DNA from: Gemmatimonadota bacterium
Lineage (GTDB): Bacteria > JBHIER01 > G020348925
Direction of reading: 5' to 3'
NCBI GenBank assembly: GCA_020348925.1
Contig: CP070758.1
Location: 2,309,688-2,373,687 of the forward strand
DNA: 64,000 nucleotides
In this document: one piece after another, positions 27,315-37,735 of the stretch
Position numbering within the stretch: the first letter of the stretch is position 1
Layout of the letters: every line of letters starts with the position of its first letter
Notes under the pieces: generated by a model
What the model saw: the letters and a program-made list of their open reading frames with translations, nothing else
Database searches by the model: none
What the model was told of the DNA's origin: nothing
Position numbers and translations under genes: made by a program

Positions 27315-30300
27315 TCAGAACTCCGACCCCAAGGAAAGATAGTAGATCGGATCACCGGGGCTGCCGCTCTTCGTCAGGTCCGTTTTCCAGGCAATATCAA
27401 ATTTGAGAAGGGCGAAGAGAAATCCCATACGGGCTCCGATCCCATAGCCCGCCTTCAGATCGTCCAGCTTCGGGGTGCCGTCGCGATACCCAAAGGGTTT
27501 GAAATTTCTGTTCATGTTCCAGGCTCCGCCGACATCAAAGAAGAAGGAACCCCGGACCTCTCCGAAGGAGAGGGGTAGGGGCCATCCGAGAAGGAGCCTC
27601 TGGACCAGGGGAAAACGGAACTCCAGGTTCGCCAAGGCAAATTTTGTCCCCGCCACTTCGTAGTATCGATAGCCCCTCAGCGGCGTCTGGAATCCGGCAA
27701 AATAGTAATCTTCATTTTCGAATACGTCTGTTCGGGCATACTCCGGCCAGGCCCAATTTGTCATTCCACCCAGAAAGAACACTCGGGGATCACGACCGTC
27801 ACTGAAACCACCGGCCAACCGGAAGACAAAATTGTATTTTTTCTGAATGCGGACATATTTCCTGTAGTCACCGATGCCTTTGATGAACGAAATTGAATTG
27901 AGGCCGATGTCCGGGACATACTGCAGGCTTAATTGTGATCGCGAACCGTTGACAGGACCCGTGTATCCCCATATGACTGTATCGTGAATCAAGGAGAGAT
28001 TGGAACTGAGGATGTTGACACCCTCCAGTTCCCAAAAAGCCGAAGGGATCTCAGAATCACCGAACTCTAAGAGTTCGCGATTCAGGCCAATGTACAAAAG
28101 ATCCAGGTCGACCCTGCGGAACTTGCTGAAGGGGTATGATGCCAGCAAAGTTCCCCCGTACATCCTGTCGGTGAACCACAAGTTATTCTGGTAAATGTAA
28201 TAGTAGTCGCGGAAGTGGAAAATTCCTGCTCCGAAGTCAATGCGCTTGGGCAGATAGTAGTAAACCAGCTGAACATCGCTGTTCTGGAGCGAGTAGAAAA
28301 GATCGGTGTAAATGAGAAATCGGTGGTTGCCCATAATGTCACTGAGGGAGATAATCGTCTGTCCACTGAAGCCCCAATAGGTGTTGTAGCCGACAGAACC
28401 TGTGATGATATCCGGTGTAAATTTGAGCTTGTATTTATACACCTTATATTTCCCGTTAGGCAAACGAAAACTGACTTCTTGCAGTGCATCCGATGTGTCC
28501 GCCTCCGCAATAGGTTCCTCATCTTCAGGCTCTTTTTTCTTTTCGGGCTTAAAAACGAAATGGCTGAAATCGGCGTCCTGTTTCTTTTCCGTATAGGCGG
28601 CACTATCATTTTTTGCCAGGGCCAAAGCTGGTTTTTCACCGGCCGCAAAGGGTGTGAGTGCGATCGATTCAGGTTTCTTTCGCTGGTTTAAAGGATTCTT
28701 CATGACAAAGATATCCCAGCCGGCCCAGGAGAACGAAGTGAAGGCGATTCTCTCGCCGTCGGTCGACCAATCGGGCGAGAAACAGCCGCCCAGGACGTTC
28801 GTAATGGGAAATGTGACGGCACTGTCGAGGTCGACGATATACAGATTGGAGATACCCGTTCTGTCAGAGGCAAAGACCAGCTTTCTTCCATCGGGGGACC
28901 ACGCCGGCGATATATCCGTGGCGGGGTCGTCAGTAATTCGAAGGATATCACTGCCGTCAGCATTCATGGTGTAGATGTCATACTGACCATAGGCAAACCC
29001 CGTTGTGTCGGAGAAGGCCTCAGGTCCGCTGTGTCGGTCTGAGGCAAAGGCGATTTTCGCTCCGTCGTGTGACCACTTCGGATCTTTATCGTCGTGCCGG
29101 TCGACCAGCAACTGGGTGAGGGACTCGGTCTCTAGATCAAATGTGTAGATATCGGACATGCCGTTCTTGATTCCTGTAAAGGCCAGTGTTTGGCCTTGAG
29201 GCGACCACGAGGGCGAGAGTATTCTGTCCAGGTTAAGAATATATTTTTCTTCAATCGATCTCTTGTCGACGTTCACAACATAGAGTGCGTCTCGATTTCC
29301 ACTCTTTGCCGCAAAAACAACCCGTTTGCCGTCCGGTGACCAGCTCAGACTGGCATTCATAATGTGAAGTTCTTCGAAGCCACTGCTTCGTTCTCCCTTT
29401 ACGAGACGGCTGAAAATTCTGCCGTCGATGGCTGACATTAAATAGATGTCGGTGTAATCCGTTCTGTCCGAAATGAAGACAATCTCGTCTCCTTTGGGAG
29501 AGAGGGCGGGGCTGCGGTTGAAGAAGGAACCGTCCTTGCGGTGGTTGGTGAGCGCCTTGGCGAAATCTTTCGGCTCGTCCCGTTGGGCCACTTCAGGCCA
29601 ATACTCTTTCTTTAATTGTCGCATCCAAACGCGGCCCAGTTCTTTGACATCCACACCGATGGAAGATTTGAGCGCTTTGTCCAAGTTCCTCTCCAATCTG
29701 ATCTGTGATAGAATCTCTCCGATTTTTCGACGGCTGTACCGGTTCGCGATGTATCTCAGAATGGATTGGCCGCCTTTATATGCCAGAAATCCGTAGAGCC
29801 CGTTTTCAAGGGGCGGGATATATCCATGAATGATCGCATCCCTCATGTACATATCCGATTGTGAGTCCCAGCCTATCGACTCAAACTCGGCCATTCCTTC
29901 CGGTATCCAGAGGGGGAGTTGAAACAGGAACTGGCGGCTGGCCAGGGACTCGAGCACTCCGCCGTGGACCATATCATAGGTCACGGCATGCACCAATTCG
30001 TGATGGAGGACGTGCCGAAAATCGGCGTACGATCCTTCAAAGGGGACAACCACCCGGTTTTTAAAAGATTCCGTAAATCCTGCCACACCTTCTTCGATTA
30101 ATGAAGTGATGACATTCGTCTGTTCGAAATCGTGGTGGGACTTGTAGATAATAATCGGAACCCGATTCTTCAGATCGTAGTTTAAATCTGAGCGGAGACT
30201 TTGATAAGCGTCTTCGGCAGCTTGAGCGGCGAACTCGACCAATTCCCCTCCGCCCTCGTAAAAGTAGATATCAAAATGCTCAGTTTTGATAAAGGACCAC

Positions 30301-30419
30301 TCAAACTGGGAATATTGGATCTTATTCTTACCGAAATATTGGGAGAAGGCTCCTGCCGGCAAGATCAACAGCAAGAGGTTCAATACAAAAAGACGCCTCA
30401 CAAACATTCTACTCCTCAT
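27315..30419 (-). CDS. Omp85/BamA-superfamily barrel fused to an N-terminal HExxH (peptidase MA-like) domain and a TolB/PD40 beta-propeller
   Basis: Signal peptide then QYFGKNKIQY; LHHELVHA..WIPEGMAE; repeated PxWSPDGxxIxFxS; TPLRGYRY (Omp85 xRGY/F motif); C-terminal beta-signal YYLSLGSEF. No POTRA-like segment recognised. Confidence 0.85.
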   Translation of the reverse strand: MRSRMFVRRLFVLNLLLLILPAGAFSQYFGKNKIQYSQFEWSFIKTEHFDIYFYEGGGELVEFAAQAAEDAYQSLRSDLNYDLKNRVPIIIYKSHHDFEQTNVITSLIEEGVAGFTESFKNRVVVPFEGSYADFRHVLHHELVHAVTYDMVHGGVLESLASRQFLFQLPLWIPEGMAEFESIGWDSQSDMYMRDAIIHGYIPPLENGLYGFLAYKGGQSILRYIANRYSRRKIGEILSQIRLERNLDKALKSSIGVDVKELGRVWMRQLKKEYWPEVAQRDEPKDFAKALTNHRKDGSFFNRSPALSPKGDEIVFISDRTDYTDIYLMSAIDGRIFSRLVKGERSSGFEELHIMNASLSWSPDGKRVVFAAKSGNRDALYVVNVDKRSIEEKYILNLDRILSPSWSPQGQTLAFTGIKNGMSDIYTFDLETESLTQLLVDRHDDKDPKWSHDGAKIAFASDRHSGPEAFSDTTGFAYGQYDIYTMNADGSDILRITDDPATDISPAWSPDGRKLVFASDRTGISNLYIVDLDSAVTFPITNVLGGCFSPDWSTDGERIAFTSFSWAGWDIFVMKNPLNQRKKPESIALTPFAAGEKPALALAKNDSAAYTEKKQDADFSHFVFKPEKKKEPEDEEPIAEADTSDALQEVSFRLPNGKYKVYKYKLKFTPDIITGSVGYNTYWGFSGQTIISLSDIMGNHRFLIYTDLFYSLQNSDVQLVYYYLPKRIDFGAGIFHFRDYYYIYQNNLWFTDRMYGGTLLASYPFSKFRRVDLDLLYIGLNRELLEFGDSEIPSAFWELEGVNILSSNLSLIHDTVIWGYTGPVNGSRSQLSLQYVPDIGLNSISFIKGIGDYRKYVRIQKKYNFVFRLAGGFSDGRDPRVFFLGGMTNWAWPEYARTDVFENEDYYFAGFQTPLRGYRYYEVAGTKFALANLEFRFPLVQRLLLGWPLPLSFGEVRGSFFFDVGGAWNMNRNFKPFGYRDGTPKLDDLKAGYGIGARMGFLFALLKFDIAWKTDLTKSGSPGDPIYYLSLGSEF

Positions 30420-30660
30420 CGTCGATTCTCCTTCAGGGCGATAACAGGTATCATTGTGCGGTTCCGATCGAAAGTATAAAAAATATGTGATCACGTCACG
30501 AATGCCAGTTCTCTTGGTTGAGCAATCGAGACCTTCTCACGTCTATATATTTAAGAGGTCATTTCTCCTTAAAAAGTTTCATCGTCTTGATCAGGGGATC
30601 GCCCTTCAGGCGTAACCCATTGCTCGCTGGGAAGATATGTTACGTTTGTGCTGTCTCGTG

Positions 30661-31971
30661 TCATTTGAAGAGCTTGAGGATGTCGTTGTATGTAACGTAG
30701 ACCATGAGAAGAATGAGGAATGCGAAGCCAATTTGCTGCAATACTCCTCTCTGTCTGAGGCTGAGGGATTTTCGCGTGATCCCTTCATATGATAGAAAGA
30801 GGAGATGACCGCCGTCAAGGATTGGTATGGGCAGAATATTGAGAAAGGCAAGGTTGATGCTCAGAAGGGCCATCAGGCCAAAGAGGTCCAGAAGACCCGC
30901 CCGGGCCGTTTCTCCGGCCATCTGGGCAATGATGATTGGCCCACCTATGAATTTCGGCGAAATCTGGCGAAGAATGAGTTTCTTTACGAAGGTCACTGTC
31001 AATTTCGCGACGTAGACTGTTTGTTGAATTCCAAGCCAGAACGACGTAAGGATATCGACCCGTTTTCGTTCGATTTTTGGTCCGATACCAATGAGTCCGA
31101 TCTCCGTCACGTTTCCCTCGGCATCCATTGATTCTTGCGCTTCCGGAGTGATTTCTGTCTCGAAGCTTTGATCACCGCGTGTCCATTGAACCGAAATCGG
31201 GACTCCCGGCTTGGCGTGGATGCGTTCGGCCATGTCGTCCCATTGATGCACTGCCTGTCCGTCTATGGATACAATAACATCGCCCGGCTTCAACCCGCTT
31301 GTATGGGCCGGTTTCTTCTTCTTAACGCTTCCGATCTCTGTTCCTACAAAGGGGGATAGACCCAATGTATAATCCTCAGCCTGGTGGATCGCCTCAGGAG
31401 AAAAAAAGAATGTGTGTCTCTGGCCGTGCCGGTCAACATCAATGTTCAGGGTCGTCCCACGAAAATCTTGAACGAGGCTATAAATTTCGTTCCATTCGTT
31501 GACCTGTGAACCGCCTACTGCGAGGACCTTATCTCCGACCTGCACGCCGGCTTGAGCCGCCAGGGAATGCTCTTCGATTCCCCCGATTTCCGTTGTCGTC
31601 AAAGTTGCCAGGCCAGCAATACTGAAAATTCCCCAAAAAATAAGCACGGCCGTTATAAAATTCATGGCTGGTCCAGCAAACACGACGAGCATTCTCTCCC
31701 ACACTTTTCGGGATTGGAATTCATAGGGGGCACCGGTTAATCCCTCCTCGTCCGGTTGCTCGCCGGCCATTTTCACGTAGCCGCCCAATGGGATCCAGGA
31801 AACACAGTACTCCGTATCGCCGATCTTTTTCCCGATTAATTTTGGTGGGAATCCCAGGGAGAAGCGCTCCACGCGTATACCTATTTTTTTTGCGGCCAAG
31901 AAGTGACCCAGTTCGTGAACGAAAATAAGGACGCCTAAAACAAAAATGGCGGCCAGAGCTGTTGTCAACAT
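30661..31971 (-). CDS. rseP: RIP metalloprotease RseP
   Basis: HELGH, PLGGYVKMAGE, two PDZ-like segments, NILPIPILDGGH. Confidence 0.95.
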   Translation of the reverse strand: MLTTALAAIFVLGVLIFVHELGHFLAAKKIGIRVERFSLGFPPKLIGKKIGDTEYCVSWIPLGGYVKMAGEQPDEEGLTGAPYEFQSRKVWERMLVVFAGPAMNFITAVLIFWGIFSIAGLATLTTTEIGGIEEHSLAAQAGVQVGDKVLAVGGSQVNEWNEIYSLVQDFRGTTLNIDVDRHGQRHTFFFSPEAIHQAEDYTLGLSPFVGTEIGSVKKKKPAHTSGLKPGDVIVSIDGQAVHQWDDMAERIHAKPGVPISVQWTRGDQSFETEITPEAQESMDAEGNVTEIGLIGIGPKIERKRVDILTSFWLGIQQTVYVAKLTVTFVKKLILRQISPKFIGGPIIIAQMAGETARAGLLDLFGLMALLSINLAFLNILPIPILDGGHLLFLSYEGITRKSLSLRQRGVLQQIGFAFLILLMVYVTYNDILKLFK

Positions 31972-31986
31972 GAGAAGGCTCTTCCT

Positions 31987-33135
31987 TTACGGTAACTGTT
32001 TCATGACGTAACCACGAGCCCACCGATCGGCCGTAAGAATTTCGTTGAGCGAAGGGCGATCGGCTCGAACGTGCCTCGTCGTTGTCTCTTCGATGAGAGA
32101 AGGTATTTTTTCGAAAGAGATGCGGTTTTCTAAAAAGGCTTGCACAGCGATTTCATTGGCGGCATTGAGGACCGCGGGTGTCGTGCCTCCGTCTTGTGCG
32201 GCTTTGTAAGCCAGCCTGAGGCACGGAAATTTCTCATGGTCTGGTTTTTCAAAAGTCAGCATCCTGGTCTGTTCAAAACGAACTCGCGGATATGGGGACT
32301 CCATTCTTTCCGGAAATGTGAGTGCTATCTGAATGGGCAGTCGCATGTCAGTCGGTCCGATTTGGGCGAGGATGGAACCGTCCGTGAACTCCACCAGAGA
32401 ATGAATGATCGATTGCTTGTGAATCGTCACTTCAATGTGAGATATCGGGACGCCGAATAGCCAGTGGGCTTCGATGACTTCCAGACCCTTATTCATTAAC
32501 GTGGCTGAATCGACGGTGATTTTTGGGCCCATATTCCATGTGGGATGTTCCAACGCCTGTTGAGGTGTAATCGATTGAAACTCTTCCGCTCTTCGATTGA
32601 AGAACGGTCCACCGGATGCCGTCAATATGATCCTGGCCACATCCTCCCGACGGTTCCCATGGAGGCATTGCATGATCCCGCTGTGCTCACTATCAACAGG
32701 AATGATTTGAACCTTCTTCTCCTGGGCCAGATTCATGATGAATTCCCCGGCCATAACGAGGCTCTCTTTGTTGGCCAGAGCAACGTCTTTTCCTGCTTCT
32801 ATGGCTCTGATCGTGGGAATGAGGCCGACTGCGCCAACCAGCGCATTCACAACGAGATCCGTATCTGGATGCGTGGCGGCTTCAAGAAGGCCTTCCGGGC
32901 CGGTACGTATTTGAATCTTTCTCTCCGAGAGGCGGTCTTGGAGATCGTCCACTTTGTGTGGATCCATAACGGCACACAGCGTCGGCCGAAATTCCTCCGC
33001 CTGTTCGGCTAAAATCTCCGTGTTGTTGTTCGTCGTCATTGTGACTACCCGAAATTGCGATCGGAGCCGGCGGATGACATCCAGACAATTTTTGCCGATG
33101 GATCCTGTTGCACCAAGTAAGGCTATGCGTTTCAT
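31987..33135 (-). CDS. dxr: 1-deoxy-D-xylulose-5-phosphate reductoisomerase
   Basis: LLGATGSIG, LANKESLV, PVDSEHS, LTASGGPF, HPTWNMGPKITVDSATLMNKGLEVIEA. Alternative TTG start at 33153. Confidence 0.97.
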   Translation of the reverse strand: MKRIALLGATGSIGKNCLDVIRRLRSQFRVVTMTTNNNTEILAEQAEEFRPTLCAVMDPHKVDDLQDRLSERKIQIRTGPEGLLEAATHPDTDLVVNALVGAVGLIPTIRAIEAGKDVALANKESLVMAGEFIMNLAQEKKVQIIPVDSEHSGIMQCLHGNRREDVARIILTASGGPFFNRRAEEFQSITPQQALEHPTWNMGPKITVDSATLMNKGLEVIEAHWLFGVPISHIEVTIHKQSIIHSLVEFTDGSILAQIGPTDMRLPIQIALTFPERMESPYPRVRFEQTRMLTFEKPDHEKFPCLRLAYKAAQDGGTTPAVLNAANEIAVQAFLENRISFEKIPSLIEETTTRHVRADRPSLNEILTADRWARGYVMKQLP

Positions 33136-33149
33136 GGTTGTCCTTGTCT

Positions 33150-33959
33150 TCAATACCCGGCTAAAAATTTCATATAGTAATACATCGACGGAGCGGCCAA
33201 CAGGAAGCTGTCGAACCGATCGAGGAAGCCACCGTGTCCGGGGAGAATTTGAGATGAGTCCTTGACGTCCATTCCGCGTTTGAATGCCGACTCAACGAGA
33301 TCACTCCCCTGTCCGAAAATGCCGGCAATGGTTCCCAGGGCGATACAGTTGACGGTTGAAAGCTCCGGAAAAAATGTCAGTTTGGCAACGCAGGCCGCAG
33401 CCCACGCTCCGACTAAACCTGCCACCGTTCCCTCCGCTGTCTTTTTTGGGCTGATCTGTGGCCAGAGTTTGTGTCTTCCCAGATTCTTTCCCACGAAATA
33501 TGCTGCGGTATCACACACCCAGATGAGAAGGAACAGGAGAACAACAAGATCAGCCCCTCGTGGGAGTTGGCGAATGAGGAGGATACAACTGATACAGAAG
33601 CCGATGAGGAGGACGCCAAGCAATGAGAGGGAGGTATTCATAAAGAGTGTTGAACGATCCTTGTGAGACAATCCCACCAGAAAGGTAAGCATCATCGTCA
33701 CAAAGAGGATGAACGGGATGTTATCTCCGCCCGAGAAAAAGATGTCCCAACTCATACCCAAGGCCGGGAATACTGTTAAAACCCAGTTTGGTCTGAAGTT
33801 CTTTTTCCGGAGCAGATGGATGAACTCGACGAGGCACAAGACAATAATGATATCTACCGCTGCCAGCAAGAGGATACCGCCCTGTCTCAAACAGAGATAC
33901 ACCAGTGGGATTCCAATGATGGCTACGAGGATACGCTGGAGCACATTGGGGATATTCAA
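33150..33959 (-). CDS. cdsA: Phosphatidate cytidylyltransferase
   Basis: WVCDTAAYFVG, ISPKKTAEG, ESAFKR..KDSSQILPGHGGFLDRFDS; polytopic membrane protein. Confidence 0.95.
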   Translation of the reverse strand: MNIPNVLQRILVAIIGIPLVYLCLRQGGILLLAAVDIIIVLCLVEFIHLLRKKNFRPNWVLTVFPALGMSWDIFFSGGDNIPFILFVTMMLTFLVGLSHKDRSTLFMNTSLSLLGVLLIGFCISCILLIRQLPRGADLVVLLFLLIWVCDTAAYFVGKNLGRHKLWPQISPKKTAEGTVAGLVGAWAAACVAKLTFFPELSTVNCIALGTIAGIFGQGSDLVESAFKRGMDVKDSSQILPGHGGFLDRFDSFLLAAPSMYYYMKFLAGY

Positions 33960-34768
33960 AGGTTTTTGTCCTTATCCCTGACAGGACGGTTCTTCCGAGG
34001 TTTCTGATTCTTTACCACGGTCTGCATCAACTCGTTTGCTTTCTTGTACATCTGTTGGGCTCTCTCGCTCATGCGTTTCCTGTCGTACAACACGCCCAGT
34101 TGCCAGTAAACCTTGCCATTATTGGGTTGAATCCTGAGGAGCTTCTCATAGATGTCAATGGCATTGTCAAACATGCCTTTTTGATTGTATGAGTGGGCGA
34201 GATGATAATAGGATTGGTGGTAGTTTGGATCCAAAGAGAGGACGCGTTTAAACTCATCAATGGCCTTTTCGTAAAGCCCTTTTTTGACAAAGGCCACACC
34301 CAAATTGTAATGGGCTTCGGCGCTCTGAGGATTAATTTCCAGGGCTCGACGAAATTCCCGTTCTGCCAGCTCGTACATCCCCCGCTCGCCGTAGGCGGCT
34401 CCAAGGTTGTAGTGGACCTCGACGTTTGACGGATCGATATTTAAAGCCCTTTTATATTCTTCAACGGCCTTGGAAAAATCCCCTATTTTATCATAGATCA
34501 CACCCAGATTGTTGTGGGCCTTAACGTGAGTTGGGTCCCGCTCCAGGACGAGATGATACTCTTCAATGGCCTGCTCAAGGTTCCCTTCCCTGGCCAGCGT
34601 GATACCCCGTTGATAGTGATCCTCAATTTCTACAACTTTCAACTCCAGCTGTCGATTGCCGTGTTCAGGAGGGCCCGTATGATCCCTGTCTGGGGAGGTT
34701 CCTCTTGTTCCGTTTTTTTCCGCAGCCGGTTGTGCAGTATCCTGTATGTCCTCTTCATGGGGTGTCAT
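33956..34768 (-). CDS. Tetratricopeptide repeat protein
   Basis: About six TPR units (AHNNLGVIY, HYNLGAAY, AHYNLGVAF...). Start uncertain: ATG 34768 has an upstream GAGGG; the ORF is open to 34849. Confidence 0.85.
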   Translation of the reverse strand: MTPHEEDIQDTAQPAAEKNGTRGTSPDRDHTGPPEHGNRQLELKVVEIEDHYQRGITLAREGNLEQAIEEYHLVLERDPTHVKAHNNLGVIYDKIGDFSKAVEEYKRALNIDPSNVEVHYNLGAAYGERGMYELAEREFRRALEINPQSAEAHYNLGVAFVKKGLYEKAIDEFKRVLSLDPNYHQSYYHLAHSYNQKGMFDNAIDIYEKLLRIQPNNGKVYWQLGVLYDRKRMSERAQQMYKKANELMQTVVKNQKPRKNRPVRDKDKNL

Positions 34769-34802
34769 CTTGGCCCTCGTTTTTTCCGGCACAGTTCCGA
34801 GT

Positions 34803-35591
34803 TCATTGTTCAATTGTGTCATTTTCATCTTTTGAGAAGACGAGACCAAAACGGCGCTCCCTCGCCTGGTAATCCTTCAGGGCTTGATACAGGTGTTGTC
34901 TCCGAAAGTCGGGCCAGAGGACATCAGTCACCCAGATCTCCGTGTAAGCCATCTGCCACAGCATGAAATTGCTCAACCGGAGTTCGCCGCTCGTACGAAT
35001 GAGTAAGTCGGGATCCGGAAAACGAGTCGTGTACAGGAAATTTTGAAATTGTGCTTCGTTAATTGCATCAATATCAAAGGTACCCTTTTGCAACGCCTGC
35101 CCCAGTTTTTTTATGGCGTCGATGATCTCCGACCGTCCGGAGTAACTGAGGGCTAAGTTAAGGATTAACCCGCTGTTCTCGGTCGTTCGGTCCATCGCTT
35201 TCACGAGTGCCTTGCGGGTGCCGTCGGGGAGATCATGAAGACGACCGATGGCAGTCACTTTGACGTTTTTTTCATCAAGCTCATTGATTTCGCTGTTGAT
35301 GGTCTGGAGGAGGAGCTTCATTAGAACAGAGACCTCAAATCGAGGTCGGTTCCAGTTTTCAGTGGAGAAGGCATAGAGTGTGAGCATTTCCACACCCAAT
35401 TCTCCCGTCGCTTCAACGATGTCCCGGACGGACTTGATTCCAGCTCGGTGCCCTTCAATTCTGGGAAGTCCTCTCTTCTGTGCCCATCGCCCGTTTCCGT
35501 CCATGATGACTGCCACGTGTCGGGGCAAATTTCCCGCGGCTAAAATCTCATCTTTCACTCTCTCCAGATCACTCGACACCGTGTTCTCCAT
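34803..35591 (-). CDS. uppS: Undecaprenyl diphosphate synthase (isoprenyl transferase)
   Basis: HVAVIMDGNGRWA, YAFSTENWNRP, DLLIRTSGELRLSNFMLWQ, RERRFG. Confidence 0.97.
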   Translation of the reverse strand: MENTVSSDLERVKDEILAAGNLPRHVAVIMDGNGRWAQKRGLPRIEGHRAGIKSVRDIVEATGELGVEMLTLYAFSTENWNRPRFEVSVLMKLLLQTINSEINELDEKNVKVTAIGRLHDLPDGTRKALVKAMDRTTENSGLILNLALSYSGRSEIIDAIKKLGQALQKGTFDIDAINEAQFQNFLYTTRFPDPDLLIRTSGELRLSNFMLWQMAYTEIWVTDVLWPDFRRQHLYQALKDYQARERRFGLVFSKDENDTIEQ

Positions 35592-35617
35592 TTCGCAAAA
35601 TCTGTTCTGCCTCAATG

Positions 35618-35646
35618 AATTTAACCAAGCTCTTTTTGAAAGTCAA
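35618..35646 (-). promoter_or_regulatory. Putative sigma70 promoter for the uppS operon
   Basis: Minus strand TTGACT-17 nt-TAAATT. Confidence 0.55.
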
Positions 35647-35737
35647 GGGAAAATAGGGTTTCAACGGAAAGCCTTTTCTCAATGTGTGAGGCGTCCTGGA
35701 ATTGGCTCGAAATTACTTCTTGTGTGTCCCCCGGATC

Positions 35738-36364
35738 TCATTTCGTACCAACTCGTTTCTCCTTCCCTGACAGGAGTCGCTTGATGTTCGATCGGTGCGT
35801 CAGGATGATTATTACGGGCATACAGGCCGCGAAGAGCACCATCTCAACAGGAACCTGTTGATGGAATACGGCTCGTTGTCCGACGACAACCACCAAAAAC
35901 GTCACGGATGCGGAGATGGACCCCAGGGAGACATATCGAGTCAAGAAGGTGATGGCGAGCCATACGACAACAGCACAGCCTGTGGCCAACGGAAGAAGGG
36001 CTGCGAAGACACCGGTGCTCGTGGAGACACCTTTTCCCCCTGAAAATCCGGCAAAAATCGGCCACACGTTTCCGGCGATAGTTGCCAAGCCAGCGAGTAT
36101 CTGAAGAAGCGCATGGTTCACAGGTGTTGGATCAATGCGAAGCTGCGATACATAGAGCACGGTGATGGCTGCTTTTCCGGCATCGATGGCAAAGACGAGG
36201 AGAGCCCATTTCAGACCAAGGACGCGATAGACGTTCGTCGCTCCGGCGTTGCCACTGCCGTATCCACGTACATCAATACCTTGTGCTATTCGTCCGATAA
36301 TGATGCTGGTGGGGATAGAGCCGATACTGTATCCCAGGACGAGAACAACGAGGAGTGTGAGCAT
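35738..36364 (-). CDS. plsY: Glycerol-3-phosphate acyltransferase PlsY
   Basis: GYSIGSIPT, GSGNAGATNVYR, FSGGKGVST, THRSNIKRLLSGKE. Confidence 0.95.
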   Translation of the reverse strand: MLTLLVVLVLGYSIGSIPTSIIIGRIAQGIDVRGYGSGNAGATNVYRVLGLKWALLVFAIDAGKAAITVLYVSQLRIDPTPVNHALLQILAGLATIAGNVWPIFAGFSGGKGVSTSTGVFAALLPLATGCAVVVWLAITFLTRYVSLGSISASVTFLVVVVGQRAVFHQQVPVEMVLFAACMPVIIILTHRSNIKRLLSGKEKRVGTK

Positions 36365-36409
36365 TTATGACAGTATCCCTTTCGCAGTCTCTCATGAGAT
36401 GAAAGAGGC

Positions 36410-37735
36410 TCATTTTCTCTTCGACCGCTTGCGGAAGATGAGCCGGATCGGAGTCCCTTCGAAGCCGAATGATTCTCGAAGTTTCCGTTCTAAAAATCGC
36501 CGGTAATTTTCGCCAATGAGCTTCGGATAGTTGGTGAAGAAAATGAAACTGGGTGGCTCCACTTTCTGTTGGGTGCAATACAAAATATTGGCACGCCGAC
36601 CTTTCGCTGTCGGAGGCGGACTCGTTGTGACAACATCCTCCAGAAAGGCATTCAATTGACTGGTCTGGATACGGCGCTTTCGCTCCTGCGCGACCCTCAG
36701 AATGACTTCGAGGGTTTTCTTCACGCGGAGCCCGGTGGCCATGGAGGTGAAGAGCACCGGGGCAAAATTGAGGAAGGGGAGCTGTTGATAGACCCAGTCG
36801 ACGTATTCATCCGGAATATGCGCGCTGTCCTCAACCAGATCCCATTTGTTGATCAAGAGGATGACCCCTTTCATGGCATCCTTGGCTTGGGCAGCAATGG
36901 TGATGTCCTGATGGGTGATTCCCTCTGTGGCGTCGAGAAGGATAACGGCAACATCACACCGGTCGAGGCTTCTCAAAGTCCGAAGTGTGGCGTAATATTC
37001 GATATTGTTGGTGATCCGTGTCCGTCGGCGCAGTCCTGCAGTATCGATAAAAAGATATGTCTGTCCTCCGTGTTCGAAATGTGTATCGATGGCGTCGCGG
37101 GTCGTGCCCGGCGTTTCGTCCACGATCACTTTCTCCTGACCCACGATGGCGTTCACCAGGGAAGATTTGCCGACATTGGGGCGTCCGACAACGGCCACTT
37201 TTATGGCGTCGCTGAGCTCTTCGGATACGTCTCGGTGCGGCAGAAGGGACAGAAGGTGGTCCAGCAGATCGCCTATATTTCGTCCCGACATGGCGGAGAT
37301 GGAGACGGGATCGCCCAGGCCCAGTTTTAAGAATTGGTGGATCAGGATCTCTTTTGGAGCGTCGTCGATTTTGTTGACCACCAGGAGGACATGTCTCGCT
37401 GTCTTCCGGAGAATGGATCCAATTTCAGTATCGAGTCCGAGAATACCCGTTTGAGCATCAACGAGGAAGAGAACGAGATCCGCCTCATCTATGGCCAGCT
37501 CGACCTGATTTTTGATGGCCCGTTCGATGCGCTCCTCAGCGGCTGGAATCCATCCGACGGTATCAACGAGAAGAAAGGGACGGCCGTTCCACGTCGTGAC
37601 GGCGTAATTTCTGTCCCGTGTAATACCGGAGACATCGTCCACGACGGCCAGACGCTTGCCGATTATTCGATTGAAGAGCGTCGATTTTCCGACGTTCGGA
37701 CGGCCTACGATAGCCACGATGGGTTTACGTTCCAT
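36410..37735 (-). CDS. der: Ribosome biogenesis GTPase Der (EngA)
   Basis: Two GRPNVGKS G-domains; C-terminal LRESFGFEGTPI. Confidence 0.97.
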   Translation of the reverse strand: MERKPIVAIVGRPNVGKSTLFNRIIGKRLAVVDDVSGITRDRNYAVTTWNGRPFLLVDTVGWIPAAEERIERAIKNQVELAIDEADLVLFLVDAQTGILGLDTEIGSILRKTARHVLLVVNKIDDAPKEILIHQFLKLGLGDPVSISAMSGRNIGDLLDHLLSLLPHRDVSEELSDAIKVAVVGRPNVGKSSLVNAIVGQEKVIVDETPGTTRDAIDTHFEHGGQTYLFIDTAGLRRRTRITNNIEYYATLRTLRSLDRCDVAVILLDATEGITHQDITIAAQAKDAMKGVILLINKWDLVEDSAHIPDEYVDWVYQQLPFLNFAPVLFTSMATGLRVKKTLEVILRVAQERKRRIQTSQLNAFLEDVVTTSPPPTAKGRRANILYCTQQKVEPPSFIFFTNYPKLIGENYRRFLERKLRESFGFEGTPIRLIFRKRSKRK

